This document shows positions 24,578-34,627 of a DNA stretch of 64,000 bases, piece after piece (position 1 is the first letter of the stretch; every line of letters starts with the position of its first letter). A program made the position numbers and the translations under genes. The stretch covers positions 1 through 64,000 of the IMG/VR virus record IMGVR_UViG_3300032236_000747. One strand, 5' to 3'. The notes under the pieces are model-generated. The model did not search any database and was not told the DNA's origin. It saw only the letters and a list, made by a program, of their open reading frames with translations.

Positions 24578-25619
24578 AAATATAACAATAGATCAACTAG
24601 CATTAAATCCTGGCGATTTAACTGGTGACTTGATTTCGGGTGGTACTATAACAAACTTTGCCAGTACAGGCATAAGCGACACTGCAACTACTCCCACTCT
24701 AGTAGTAACAGACGGTGTTATTACAGTAGACACAGTTAACGCAAAAACTCTTAACAGTTTCGCAGTGCGTGGAGATGTTAAAGTCTACGGTGCCATTGAT
24801 GCCATGGAGATTCGTACTACGGAACTCTATGTACACAGAAAGTTCGACAAGCAATACCTAGAGTTTGCTAACCCAGAAGGCGAAGCACTTGGCTTTGGTT
24901 TACTATGGACTGGCGGGCCTGTTAGCCGTCAGTTTATTTTGTCTACAGGTCCTGACAGATTCTTTTCTACAGAGACAATCGACATACCTGCTAACAAAAG
25001 TTATTCCGTAGATACACAACCTGTACTAACAAAGGATACTCTAGGTAGATCAGTGGTTAACAGTAATTTAAAAACTGTAGGCGTTCTCAATAACCTAGCA
25101 GTATCAGGAGCTCTTAACATTGCTGATAGCGTACACTTCAATCCTGTTAGTGAAAGATTTAGTATTGGTACTGCTGATGCTAACGGTGTGCTTTCCGTTT
25201 ATGACAGTGAAAATGATGTTGAGTTAGTTATCACAGGTAATACAAGCGGTTCGGGTAGCATAGGAACTTATAATACTAAGAATCTAGACATTGTTACAGA
25301 CAATCAAGTACGTGCAACATATCACGCCACTGGTGATATTACACTAGGTCTAGAAGGCAAGAATACTACTGTACGTACCTACGGCACACTAAGCGTTGGT
25401 GTTAAGAATCCACAAGAACAGTTTGAAGTAGCAGGCAATATGAAGTTTGCCAATAAACTATTTGCCACAGGCAACTGTCCACCTACACACGGTAACTTTA
25501 TTGCCGGTGATATTATTTGGAACAGTGAACCAAAGGCTAATAGTTTTATCGGTTGGGTTTGTGTCAGCGGTGGGCATCCAGGTCAATGGTTGCCTTTTGG
25601 TTCTATCCTTCCTCAATAA
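24552..25619 (+). CDS. Beta-rich hypothetical (possibly virion) protein
   Basis: Gly/Thr-rich, C-terminal GDIIWN..GWVC..G.PG.W.PFG. Confidence 0.7.
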   Translation: MVKTFDAPENITIDQLALNPGDLTGDLISGGTITNFASTGISDTATTPTLVVTDGVITVDTVNAKTLNSFAVRGDVKVYGAIDAMEIRTTELYVHRKFDKQYLEFANPEGEALGFGLLWTGGPVSRQFILSTGPDRFFSTETIDIPANKSYSVDTQPVLTKDTLGRSVVNSNLKTVGVLNNLAVSGALNIADSVHFNPVSERFSIGTADANGVLSVYDSENDVELVITGNTSGSGSIGTYNTKNLDIVTDNQVRATYHATGDITLGLEGKNTTVRTYGTLSVGVKNPQEQFEVAGNMKFANKLFATGNCPPTHGNFIAGDIIWNSEPKANSFIGWVCVSGGHPGQWLPFGSILPQ

Positions 25620-25686
25620 ATCAACAGATTATTATTAGATAAGTCCTCGTAAATACTATGAGGGCCTAATCTTCCCTCACCAACAC

Positions 25687-26019
25687 ATGACCAAAATTAG
25701 TAAAAATCTTAATAAACAAATAAGAAGTTGGCAGATTTATTCTGTCATTGCTCCTGCTGTCTTTGTATTAGTCTCCGGACTATTGTATGTGTGGTATGGT
25801 ATTCCTTTTCAAAGTATATTCTTCTCAGGTGTTGTCATCCTATGTATAACCTGCATAGCATGGTGGCATTGGAGTTTATTCACTATGCTAACCATGCTTC
25901 AAATAATGAAAGACACAGACGACCACTTTGAACTAGTAACCGAACAACTTGATGATCTAAGAACTACGTTCGGTAAACCGTCTCTGCGTTTAATCAAATC
26001 TGTTGACAAAGATCAATAA
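25687..26019 (+). CDS. Two-TM membrane protein
   Basis: Hydrophobic segments; upstream TAAATA. Confidence 0.7.
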   Translation: MTKISKNLNKQIRSWQIYSVIAPAVFVLVSGLLYVWYGIPFQSIFFSGVVILCITCIAWWHWSLFTMLTMLQIMKDTDDHFELVTEQLDDLRTTFGKPSLRLIKSVDKDQ

Positions 26020-26030
26020 CTCTGTATAAT
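26003..26030 (+). promoter_or_regulatory. sigma70-type promoter
   Basis: TTGACA-16-TATAAT. Confidence 0.75.
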
Positions 26031-26038
26031 TAAAAGAT

Positions 26039-26100
26039 AGCGGTCTTGGCTTCATCCCGCTTTATAAACTCTGCCAGCCTATGCTAAACAACATAGGAGA
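26039..26100 (+). promoter_or_regulatory. Candidate preQ1-I-like riboswitch plus RBS-sequestering hairpin
   Basis: AGCGG/CCGCT stem, TGGC/GCCA pseudoknot, A-rich linker, CCTATG/CATAGG hairpin over AGGAG. Confidence 0.6.
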
Positions 26101-26106
26101 AAAAGC

Positions 26107-26652
26107 ATGTCAGACGATTTTAACTACCACGATACAGACCACAGACAATATATCCGTCATCCGGTCCAATACAAGTACACAAGTACCAAAGAGTATCACG
26201 ACGCATTTCCATGTGCGTATAGACAGTGGAGAGCCGATAGCCATTGTAACTTGATTCATGGTTATAGTTTTTCAATGAAGTTCTATTTTGGCACAGATGA
26301 TCTTGATGTTCGTAACTGGGCCGCAGACTACGGCGGACTTAAAGAATTGAAGAAGTTATTAGAGGATATGTTCGATCACACGTTGATTGTGGCACAAGAT
26401 GATCCTGAAATGGAAACATTCAAACTATTACAAGAAAAGAAAATGGCTAAGATTGTTGTACTTCCACGATTAGGTTGCGAGAGTTTAGCAGATATGCTTT
26501 ACAAGTATATCAATGGCGTTTATATTCCAGAGATGTGGGGCGAAGGAGAAAGCAAACGTCTATGGTGCTATCGCGTAGAAGTTCGTGAAACACAATCAAA
26601 CATGGCTTTTAGAGAAGGTCATCGTGAATGGAAAGAGGACTTGTTTGCGTAA
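26107..26652 (+). CDS. queD: 6-carboxytetrahydropterin / 6-pyruvoyltetrahydropterin synthase (QueD-like)
   Basis: C.LIHGY, FDHT, E.LA, VRET motifs. Confidence 0.85.
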   Translation: MSDDFNYHDTDHRQYIRHPVQYKYTSTKEYHDAFPCAYRQWRADSHCNLIHGYSFSMKFYFGTDDLDVRNWAADYGGLKELKKLLEDMFDHTLIVAQDDPEMETFKLLQEKKMAKIVVLPRLGCESLADMLYKYINGVYIPEMWGEGESKRLWCYRVEVRETQSNMAFREGHREWKEDLFA

Positions 26653-26875
26653 ATTCTTTGACAAATACGTGGAGTGGGTTGCTACTGTATGTTTCTTAAT
26701 ATCAGTAGCATTAACCAGTCTTAATCATTATCCGGCATATCTATATACTAGTCTGTTAACGAACCTACTGTGGTTAATCGTCGGCATTGTTTGGAAAAAG
26801 TGGTCACTGATAACTGTTGAAGCAATTGTTTGTATCATGTATATAGTAGGTATAGTTAAGTATTGGTTGTTATGA
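26585..26875 (+). CDS. Small membrane protein (start uncertain)
   Basis: Three hydrophobic segments. Confidence 0.6.
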   Translation: MKHNQTWLLEKVIVNGKRTCLRKFFDKYVEWVATVCFLISVALTSLNHYPAYLYTSLLTNLLWLIVGIVWKKWSLITVEAIVCIMYIVGIVKYWLL

Positions 26876-28050
26876 TTAAAAAGATAGCTGTTATTGGTGC
26901 AGGAATTACAGGCCTAACTACTGCCTATTATTTGGCAAAAGAAGGATATGAGGTTTCTGTTTTCGAAGCTGAACGTTATCCAGCAATGAAAACTAGCTTT
27001 GCTAATGGGGGTCAAATCTCCGTTAGCAATAGTGAAGTGTGGACTAGCTGGAGCAATGTCAGACGAGGCTTTAAGTGGATGTTTAAAAAGGATGCTCCTT
27101 TGCTTATTCGTCCAAGGTTAGACTGGGCACAATGGAAGTGGATGGCTAGGTTCTTTTACTACACCATCAAAGATGTGTATAAAAAGAATACAGCAGAGAC
27201 TGTGAAGATTGGTCTTGAAAGCCGCAGACTCTACGACGAGATTTGTAAAGAAGAAAATATCAGCTTTGATCGCAGTGACTGCGGCATCTTACATTTTTAC
27301 AAGAATCAAGAATATTGGGAAACCGCACAAAAGGTAATGAACCTATACAACGAAAACGGATTAGATCGCGAAGAAGTTAATCCTGCATGGGTTTCAAAGA
27401 TCGATCCGGCACTTGCTAATATAGAAGGTATTGTGGGAGCAACTATTACCGAAAGTGATTGGACTGGAGACATTCACAAGTTTTGTTATGAACTTGCTAG
27501 TGTGCTTAAGAGCAAATACAATGTTCGTTTTTACTACAGCATGAAGATCACTGATCTAAATCATCTCTCCTACGATGATGCTATTGTTGTGTGTAATGGA
27601 GTAGGTAGCACAAAGTTAGCAAAAAGTATAGGGGATGATCTTCCTGTATACCCAGTTAAAGGTTATAGCATTACTATTAATAATGTAGATCCGGAATACT
27701 TACCTAAGGTAAGTTTGTTAGATGACCAGGCTAAGATTGTTACATCTAGTCTAGGAAATCGTTTTAGAGTTGCAGGTACTGCAGAGCTCATAGGTGAGAA
27801 CTACGATATTACTAGAGATCGTATCCAACCACTGTTAGATTGGGTACACACAAACTTTCCTAGAATCAATACACACGATTATACACAGTGGGCATGTTTG
27901 CGTCCAATGACTCCTAACATGATGCCCATTGTTGAACAAAGTAAAAAGAATAAAAAAGTTTTCTATCATACAGGGCACGGACACCTAGGGTGGACATTAA
28001 GCCCTGCTACAGCAAAAATGGTAGTGGAGGTTATTAAAAATGAACGATAA
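26872..28050 (+). CDS. dadA: D-amino acid dehydrogenase
   Basis: GAGITG, TSFANGGQIS, YPVKGYS, LRPMTP, GHGHLGWT. Confidence 0.93.
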   Translation: MIKKIAVIGAGITGLTTAYYLAKEGYEVSVFEAERYPAMKTSFANGGQISVSNSEVWTSWSNVRRGFKWMFKKDAPLLIRPRLDWAQWKWMARFFYYTIKDVYKKNTAETVKIGLESRRLYDEICKEENISFDRSDCGILHFYKNQEYWETAQKVMNLYNENGLDREEVNPAWVSKIDPALANIEGIVGATITESDWTGDIHKFCYELASVLKSKYNVRFYYSMKITDLNHLSYDDAIVVCNGVGSTKLAKSIGDDLPVYPVKGYSITINNVDPEYLPKVSLLDDQAKIVTSSLGNRFRVAGTAELIGENYDITRDRIQPLLDWVHTNFPRINTHDYTQWACLRPMTPNMMPIVEQSKKNKKVFYHTGHGHLGWTLSPATAKMVVEVIKNER

Positions 28051-28212
28051 AGATTGGTTAGATAAAGTAGTTTTAGGTTCTAATGTTTATAATGAACAAA
28101 GACTTCATACTGATTTCCAAGAAGAAGAAGTATTAAAATTTATAGAATGGCTACATAGACAATACGGCATTGCCTATGAAAAGCCCAAAGCACAACACAG
28201 GAATACCCCAAG

Positions 28213-29139
28213 ATGAAAAAGATTTTAGTAACAGGTGGCGCTGGATTTTTAGGTAGCCACTTATGTGAGCGTTTAGTTAACCAAGGGCATCATGTCCTTT
28301 GTGTTGATAACTATTTTACAGGCAGCAAGAAAAATATCGAACACTTGCTAGATAAGAAGAACTTTGAAGTTATTCGACAAGATATCTGTATTCCATTGTA
28401 TGTAGAAGTAGATGAAATTTATAATCTAGCCTGTCCTGCTAGCCCACAACACTATCAGCATGATCCTATTCAAACAATGAAGACCAGTATTCTAGGTGCC
28501 TTCAATATGCTAGGACTTGCTAAACGTACAGGTGCTAAGATTCTACAAGCAAGTACCAGCGAATGTTATGGTGATCCTACAGTACATCCACAGCACGAAA
28601 CTTATTGGGGCAATGTAAATCCAGTCGGTATTCGTAGTTGTTACGATGAAGGCAAACGTGCTGCCGAAACATTGTTTATGGATTACAATCGTCAACATGA
28701 TGTTGACACTCGCATTATGCGTATCTTTAACACATACGGCCCAAAGATGGCTATTGGGGACGGGCGTGTTGTCAGCAACTTTATTGTTCAGGCTCTGCGT
28801 GGCGAAGACATTACCATTTACGGCGATGGCAGTCAAACTCGTAGCTTCTGTTATTTTGAAGATAACTTAGACGGGATGATGGCGCTTATGGATAGCGGAT
28901 ACTCGTATCCTGTTAACATTGGAAACCCAGGCGAGTTTACAATGCTCGAACTAGCCGAACGTGTTATTAGGTTAACAGGAAGTACTAGTAAAATAGTTTA
29001 CATGCCGTTGCCAAAAGATGATCCAAAACAACGCAAGCCAGCTATTGATACAGCCAAAATGGTACTAGACTGGGAGCCAACTATAGATCTAGAAACTGGA
29101 TTGGTAAAAACCATCGAATATTTCCGCGGAATTATTTGA
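28213..29139 (+). CDS. UDP-glucuronate decarboxylase (NAD-dependent epimerase/dehydratase)
   Basis: [32 protein letters not shown]. Confidence 0.93.
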   Translation: MKKILVTGGAGFLGSHLCERLVNQGHHVLCVDNYFTGSKKNIEHLLDKKNFEVIRQDICIPLYVEVDEIYNLACPASPQHYQHDPIQTMKTSILGAFNMLGLAKRTGAKILQASTSECYGDPTVHPQHETYWGNVNPVGIRSCYDEGKRAAETLFMDYNRQHDVDTRIMRIFNTYGPKMAIGDGRVVSNFIVQALRGEDITIYGDGSQTRSFCYFEDNLDGMMALMDSGYSYPVNIGNPGEFTMLELAERVIRLTGSTSKIVYMPLPKDDPKQRKPAIDTAKMVLDWEPTIDLETGLVKTIEYFRGII

Positions 29140-29164
29140 CAAAACCACTTTTTGGTGCTATAAT
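29136..29164 (+). promoter_or_regulatory. sigma70-type promoter, leaderless transcript
   Basis: TTGACA-17-TATAAT; ATG 6 nt downstream. Confidence 0.85.
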
Positions 29165-29170
29165 AATACT

Positions 29171-29380
29171 ATGACGGATACAAAAAACAGTTGGGAAGTT
29201 ATAGTAGAACAGGATGAGCATGGCGAACTTATTCTACCGCTTCCCCAAGATTTACTTGATCAACAAGGTTGGAAGGAAGGCGATGAACTCACATGGACTG
29301 ACCGAGGCAACGGCACTTGGGAAATCTCCAAAGTTAGCACTGTCAGCACTGCTACTAGCACTGTTGACAGGGTGTGCTAA
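29171..29380 (+). CDS. AbrB/MazE/SpoVT-like DNA-binding protein
   Basis: LILPLPQDLL..GWKEGDEL pattern. Confidence 0.7.
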   Translation: MTDTKNSWEVIVEQDEHGELILPLPQDLLDQQGWKEGDELTWTDRGNGTWEISKVSTVSTATSTVDRVC

Positions 29381-29579
29381 TACATACCGAACGCTTGATA
29401 TCAGCGAAGTCAATGCTATTCCAGACGACTGTCGAAATCAAACATTGATAACTGATTATCTAACAACTCAACTAAACAACACAAAACCTGCTACACAGAA
29501 AGGCATCGAATATGACGCACAAGTCTCTGCTATCAAGAGTAAAATTTGGCGTGTTCGTTATATGTGTCATCGTACTTAG
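29283..29579 (+). CDS. Putative lipoprotein
   Basis: Lipobox LTGC; AAGGAAGG RBS. Confidence 0.65.
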   Translation: MNSHGLTEATALGKSPKLALSALLLALLTGCANTYRTLDISEVNAIPDDCRNQTLITDYLTTQLNNTKPATQKGIEYDAQVSAIKSKIWRVRYMCHRT

Positions 29580-29844
29580 TGGATGTGCTAGTAGCATCAG
29601 GACTCCTGTTAGCTCAGACAATCTAATAAACTTCAGACCAGATTGTAAGAAAAAGAATGAGCAGTTAACATTCCTGTACAGTATCTTGCCAACTAAACAA
29701 GAAGAACAAACAGCAGCATTTCAAGTATCAATGCTAGGACTCTTTACTAGCGACTATGAAACAAAGCGCATGATGGCAGATGGTAGTATGTCGTTTATGA
29801 TTAAACAAAACATAGATTGGGTGAAACAAGCATGCAGAGGCTAA
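29512..29844 (+). CDS. Putative lipoprotein
   Basis: Lipobox LSGC. Confidence 0.65.
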   Translation: MTHKSLLSRVKFGVFVICVIVLSGCASSIRTPVSSDNLINFRPDCKKKNEQLTFLYSILPTKQEEQTAAFQVSMLGLFTSDYETKRMMADGSMSFMIKQNIDWVKQACRG

Positions 29845-30380
29845 TCTTATTACTGTTGATTCCTGTTAGTGTATTTGCGCAAGATCGCAAGTTTAATCTA
29901 ACAATCACACAAACCACCGAAGCTGTTATTACTGCTGAAGACAACTACAAAGAACGTTTTGAAACAAACAAGTTTGGTAAAAATGTTTGTATTGTTGACA
30001 CAGACCTACAGATAGACGGAGTGTGGCATAAGGCCCACGGCGAATATTCTGGGCGCAATGATTCCGAGTCTTGTAAAACTGCTGCACTTTTGGCTAGAAA
30101 AGACTTGACAAGTTTGATAAAACCATCTATAATAAGCAGCAAGTCGGAAATAACTTACGAAGAAAATGGTAACACAAAACACATCGACGGTTACAAGAAA
30201 GGTGACCTAGTTGATGTAGGCGGGTTACATTCTAATCCAAGTTATCAAAGAGACTTTATACATCAAGGCACAACATGTAAATGGTTGTATGATGTAAAAA
30301 GAAGTGAGAAAGGTGTCAAACAATATAACCTTATTGCTTGTAAACTTTCCGCTGGTTGGATAGTTGAAGATATTTTTTAA
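29832..30380 (+). CDS. Secreted hypothetical protein
   Basis: Signal peptide ending VFA. Confidence 0.7.
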   Translation: MQRLILLLLIPVSVFAQDRKFNLTITQTTEAVITAEDNYKERFETNKFGKNVCIVDTDLQIDGVWHKAHGEYSGRNDSESCKTAALLARKDLTSLIKPSIISSKSEITYEENGNTKHIDGYKKGDLVDVGGLHSNPSYQRDFIHQGTTCKWLYDVKRSEKGVKQYNLIACKLSAGWIVEDIF

Positions 30381-30528
30381 CACACAGAGAAAGAGAGTTT
30401 GGTATGAAAGCGTTTATTATAGGCACCGTGTTCGGTCTTATACTAGCAACTGTTGGTTTTAGCGGGCTTGCTCGCATTCTAGACCACGGTGTTCAAAAGG
30501 TCAAAACTGAATCAGTGGAGATGGCAAA

Positions 30529-31011
30529 ATGAAAAAACTCGCATTACTTCTTGTCGCAGTCTTGTTGACTGCTTGTGGTTCGATGAAAGAGATCGAAGAA
30601 CGCAAGACCTATGCTGAACCAGGTTGGTACCAAGATTGTGCCCAGGCTGGTACAGAGGGTTGGTTCTGGTTTGCCAAAGACTACGCATACGCCTGTGGTG
30701 CTGGTGAATCTATTCACGCACAAGCCGCAGAAGAACAGATGTATGCTATCGCTATGAATAACTTTGCTAAACGTATTAACAGTGAAGTAAACAGCGAAAC
30801 AGAAATCAAGTTTGTTGACGACCGTAAGTCTACATTTACACGCATCTCATATGTTGTTAAGAACACAACTATCCGTGAACACCTACAACGAGAGCTAGGT
30901 CATTTTACAATGAACGGACGCCACTATACGTTTGTACGTCTGAAGATGCCCAAGGCTGTTTTCGATCAGTTGATCGCTGAAGCCAAAGATCAAAAAATGG
31001 CGAAACAATAA
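30529..31011 (+). CDS. Lipoprotein (LPP20-like)
   Basis: Lipobox LTAC, PGWY, GAGES. Confidence 0.7.
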   Translation: MKKLALLLVAVLLTACGSMKEIEERKTYAEPGWYQDCAQAGTEGWFWFAKDYAYACGAGESIHAQAAEEQMYAIAMNNFAKRINSEVNSETEIKFVDDRKSTFTRISYVVKNTTIREHLQRELGHFTMNGRHYTFVRLKMPKAVFDQLIAEAKDQKMAKQ

Positions 31012-31020
31012 AGGAAATAT

Positions 31021-31347
31021 ATGTTTAAGGAAATGTTTGGCGCAGTCGGCGCAGTGATTATGTTTATCTTGATGCTGTTTGGCATTAGTTTGTTGAGCTA
31101 TGAGAGCTATCAGTTCTTTGCTCCTAAATACCGCGCAGTAGATAACAAAGTGTTCAAAGAGTCAGAACAATACAATGACGGTATGATCCGTGATTTGGAA
31201 AACCTCCAAATGGAATATATCAATGCTGATGCGGAGAAGAAACAAGCTCTCCGTGCTATAGTGTTACATCGTTTCTCGGTGTACCCTGAGGATAAAATGC
31301 CTCCTAACCTTCGTAACTTTTATAACGACTTGCGAGCCGGAAAATGA
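31021..31347 (+). CDS. Membrane-anchored hypothetical protein
   Basis: N-terminal TM, AAGGA RBS. Confidence 0.7.
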   Translation: MFKEMFGAVGAVIMFILMLFGISLLSYESYQFFAPKYRAVDNKVFKESEQYNDGMIRDLENLQMEYINADAEKKQALRAIVLHRFSVYPEDKMPPNLRNFYNDLRAGK

Positions 31348-31438
31348 AAGATGTAATGTTGCCCGAATGGGCTGGCAAGGTAGCTTACTTTGCTCTTGGA
31401 TTTATGGTTTGTTTTACTCTTTTTGTTAAAGGTATTCT

Positions 31439-32545
31439 ATGAAAAAAATGTTAATGCTTTTGGCGCTGTTTAGTTTTACAGCATTTGCCGAACCTAGTTT
31501 TCAACAAATCGAAAGTTTGATTGAGAAACAACAATACAGCGCAGCCGAGCAAGGACTAGAACAAGTCATTGCTGCACATCCACAAAGTGCTAAAGCCTAC
31601 TACGCTATGGCACAAGCACAGGCTGGTCTCGGTAACAACGTCAAAGCAAAGTTTGCGTTGGATAAAGCAATGGGCATTGACCCGGACTTGAAGTTTGCTA
31701 GCTCTAGCAATATTGAAAGTCTACAACAAGCAATCACACCACAAGTGAAAAAGATCGAAGTTGTTAGTGAGTCACACATAGCTCGAAATATTTTTATTGT
31801 TCTAGCAGTATTGATTCTAGGTAGCATTGGACTTCTATTTTTTGCCGATGGAAGACGCCGTGCCGCAGAAGAAGCAGAACGTCAAGCAGAAGGCGAACGT
31901 CAAGCAGCAGCCCGTGCCGCAGAACGCGAACGTATTCGAGCAGAACGAGAAGATCAAGAAGCAGCCGAACGTGCCCGAATTGAAGCCGCAGAAGACGTGT
32001 TGCGAGCACACAAAAACTACGGACATGAACGTTTTGACCCAGAGAATCCTGACAAGTTGAAAACTGTCAAGCGCATGAAAGAAGAAGCCGCTGAGAAGCA
32101 ACGTTTGTTCTTGGAAGCACAGGAACGCCGTGAAGCACAAGCCCGCGCAGATGCCGCAGAAGCTAATGCTCGTATGTATCGTACTTCTGCACAAACAGTT
32201 GCCCAACCAACTACTACTGTAGTAAACAACGGTGGCTCTGGTGATTTTGTAACTGGTATGCTAGTTGGCAATATGTTGAGTGGTTCACATCACGATCATA
32301 CAACTATCATCGAACGTGAGACTGTGCGTGAAGTGCCTGCTCCTAGTCGATCTAGCACTTGGGACGATACTCCTGCGACAAGTCGCTCTAGCTCTTGGGA
32401 TACACCTTCTACTCCATCACGTAGCTCTAGCTGGGATGATGACAGTTCAAGCAAGTCTAGCTCAAGCTGGTCTAGCTCAAGCAGTGACTCGAGCTCAAGC
32501 TGGTCAGACAGTTCAAGCGACAGCTCGAGCAGTAGTGATTGGTAA
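31439..32545 (+). CDS. Signal peptide + TPR + TM + coiled-coil + Ser-rich tail protein
   Basis: HPQSAKAYYAMAQAQ TPR; SSSW repeats at C-terminus. Confidence 0.8.
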   Translation: MKKMLMLLALFSFTAFAEPSFQQIESLIEKQQYSAAEQGLEQVIAAHPQSAKAYYAMAQAQAGLGNNVKAKFALDKAMGIDPDLKFASSSNIESLQQAITPQVKKIEVVSESHIARNIFIVLAVLILGSIGLLFFADGRRRAAEEAERQAEGERQAAARAAERERIRAEREDQEAAERARIEAAEDVLRAHKNYGHERFDPENPDKLKTVKRMKEEAAEKQRLFLEAQERREAQARADAAEANARMYRTSAQTVAQPTTTVVNNGGSGDFVTGMLVGNMLSGSHHDHTTIIERETVREVPAPSRSSTWDDTPATSRSSSWDTPSTPSRSSSWDDDSSSKSSSSWSSSSSDSSSSWSDSSSDSSSSSDW

Positions 32546-32657
32546 TAAACATGATACTCGTTGAAGCATTAATGGGTATCGGATTCATGTGCGTACTTGC
32601 GTTAATCGGGTACGCATGTTTTAAACTTGGTAGGTTTTTAGAAAAGAAAGATCCAAA

Positions 32658-33137
32658 ATGAAAAAAGTTTTATTAGTATTGCCGTTGGTTGCCTTATTGG
32701 CAGCATGTGATGTTAAAGAGTCCTCGACTCAGATTGAGCGCCGTAAGCAAGAAGAATTGACCATGCAGGCTGTAACACAAGTTGGTATGCCCGCTATCAC
32801 TAACTTTGCTGAAAAGCGTATGATGAAAGACATCATGGAGTTGCGTGATCAAAACGTAGCTACCACTGCCTATATTGTTGATATGAATGGTAAGTTGCAT
32901 AAGATCTGTACAGCAGTCGGCTATGGCTTGCCATATGCTACTCAGTACACTAACCCTATGCGTATTGCGGGTGATGGACATGGTTATGTAACATTGCCAC
33001 AAGCTGATCCAAATGGTCTGTATAGTCCTGCGAGTGCGGATGGTACATGGGTATTGTGCGTGGATCCAAAGAGTGGTAAACCGCGCCCAGTGTTTATTGA
33101 ACCACGTGTTATCGTTAGTCCTTTTCCACTAGACTAA
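32658..33137 (+). CDS. Lipoprotein
   Basis: Lipobox LAAC; GLPYATQYTNP, QADPNGLY. Confidence 0.75.
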   Translation: MKKVLLVLPLVALLAACDVKESSTQIERRKQEELTMQAVTQVGMPAITNFAEKRMMKDIMELRDQNVATTAYIVDMNGKLHKICTAVGYGLPYATQYTNPMRIAGDGHGYVTLPQADPNGLYSPASADGTWVLCVDPKSGKPRPVFIEPRVIVSPFPLD

Positions 33138-33138
33138 T

Positions 33139-33618
33139 ATGAAGTTATTTGGCCGCTCTGGAGGATATTGGCTCTTCTGGAGCGGTGTTCTATATCTTTT
33201 ATTGTCCGTAATGGTTGCTTTTAGTCCTTACAGAGACTATACTATGCTTGTAGAGTTGGTATGGTTTGGTTTGATAGCTTTACCATTAGTTTGTAATCCG
33301 CTGGCTCGCTGGCTCAATATGAAAGAGAATCATATGTTCGATTGGTTTAAAAGTCGTGAAGAACGTAAGGAAGAATATAATAACGTAGTTAAGTTTCCGG
33401 AGCCTAAAGCAGTTCCAGAGGTTCCCGAAGAACCAGAGAAACCTGCTACTACATATTATCGGTTAGGTATCACTAGCAATGGTCGTGTTAGTTTCCAAAT
33501 GGGCTATAGTGAGATTACTATGAACGCAGGCGGCGTTGATAATATGATTGCACAGTTAGAAGTATTCCGTGACCAAATTCTTCAGTACGAAGACCGCGAT
33601 AACAACAATGATGAATAA
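33139..33618 (+). CDS. Membrane protein (possibly two fused ORFs)
   Basis: Two N-terminal TMs then soluble domain. Confidence 0.6.
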   Translation: MKLFGRSGGYWLFWSGVLYLLLSVMVAFSPYRDYTMLVELVWFGLIALPLVCNPLARWLNMKENHMFDWFKSREERKEEYNNVVKFPEPKAVPEVPEEPEKPATTYYRLGITSNGRVSFQMGYSEITMNAGGVDNMIAQLEVFRDQILQYEDRDNNNDE

Positions 33619-34627
33619 ACGCATCGGCTTCGCTTGTAAATGGAGCGAACTTGATAGTAAGGGGCAGGTAGTATCTGTCCCTGAACTCAATACTGGCACA
33701 ACTACTGTAGCTTGGTTGAAACGCCAAAGTCAACAAGTTGCTGAAGAAAAACTATGGGACTTGATGAAACACAACATCGAGGCTACTCGTAGACTTGTAG
33801 AAAAAGTAGGTACATTAGATGATCACCTCAGAATGGTTCGCCTTAGCAGTGATATACTTCCTGTATATACTCAGTCAGACTTTGCTTATTTTTGGCGCCT
33901 CTCAGATGTTGTTTCTTATATGGAAAAGGAATTCGCTAGGGTCGGCGATATTGCTAGAAGGGATAATGTTCGTCTCAGTATGCATCCTGGTCAGTTCACT
34001 GTACTTGCTTCAGAGAACCCTGGCATCGTTGATCGTTCAATAGAGGAGTTTGAGTATCATGCAGATATGGCCCGCTTCATGGGTTTTGGCAAAACGTTCC
34101 AAGATTTCAAAATCAATGTCCACATATCAGGTCGCCAAGGCCCTGCAGGAATACGATCGGCATACTCCAGGCTTTCTCCTGAGGCTCGTAACTGCATTAC
34201 AATCGAAAATGAAGAAATAACACATGGACTGGATACTTGTCTTACTCTCTGTGATTTACTTCCTATCGTTCTCGATGTCCATCACCATTGGATCAACACA
34301 GGGGAATACATCTCCTCAATGGACTCACGTATTAAACAGGTTGAAGATAGTTGGCGTGGTGTGCGCCCTACTCTTCACTATTCTGTTAGTCGTGAGGATG
34401 TTCTCGTGGGGGCTTGTAATAGTACTCCACCGTCCCTAGACTTGCTGTTAACGCAAGGATACAAAAAAGGAAAGCTCAGAGCACATTCTGATTACTACTG
34501 GAATACAGCAGCCAACGAATGGGCTTTGAGCTTCTTAAAAACACATGATATCATGTGCGAATCAAAGTCTAAAAATCTAGCTAGTTTTAAACTAGCTGAT
34601 CAAGCTAAGGTCTTAGGCCTTCTTTGA
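33608..34627 (+). CDS. uvsE: UV-damage endonuclease (UvsE/UVDE)
   Basis: RIGFAC, RLSSD, SMHPGQF, IENE, DVHHH, RAHSD, ESK. Confidence 0.92.
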   Translation: MMNKRIGFACKWSELDSKGQVVSVPELNTGTTTVAWLKRQSQQVAEEKLWDLMKHNIEATRRLVEKVGTLDDHLRMVRLSSDILPVYTQSDFAYFWRLSDVVSYMEKEFARVGDIARRDNVRLSMHPGQFTVLASENPGIVDRSIEEFEYHADMARFMGFGKTFQDFKINVHISGRQGPAGIRSAYSRLSPEARNCITIENEEITHGLDTCLTLCDLLPIVLDVHHHWINTGEYISSMDSRIKQVEDSWRGVRPTLHYSVSREDVLVGACNSTPPSLDLLLTQGYKKGKLRAHSDYYWNTAANEWALSFLKTHDIMCESKSKNLASFKLADQAKVLGLL

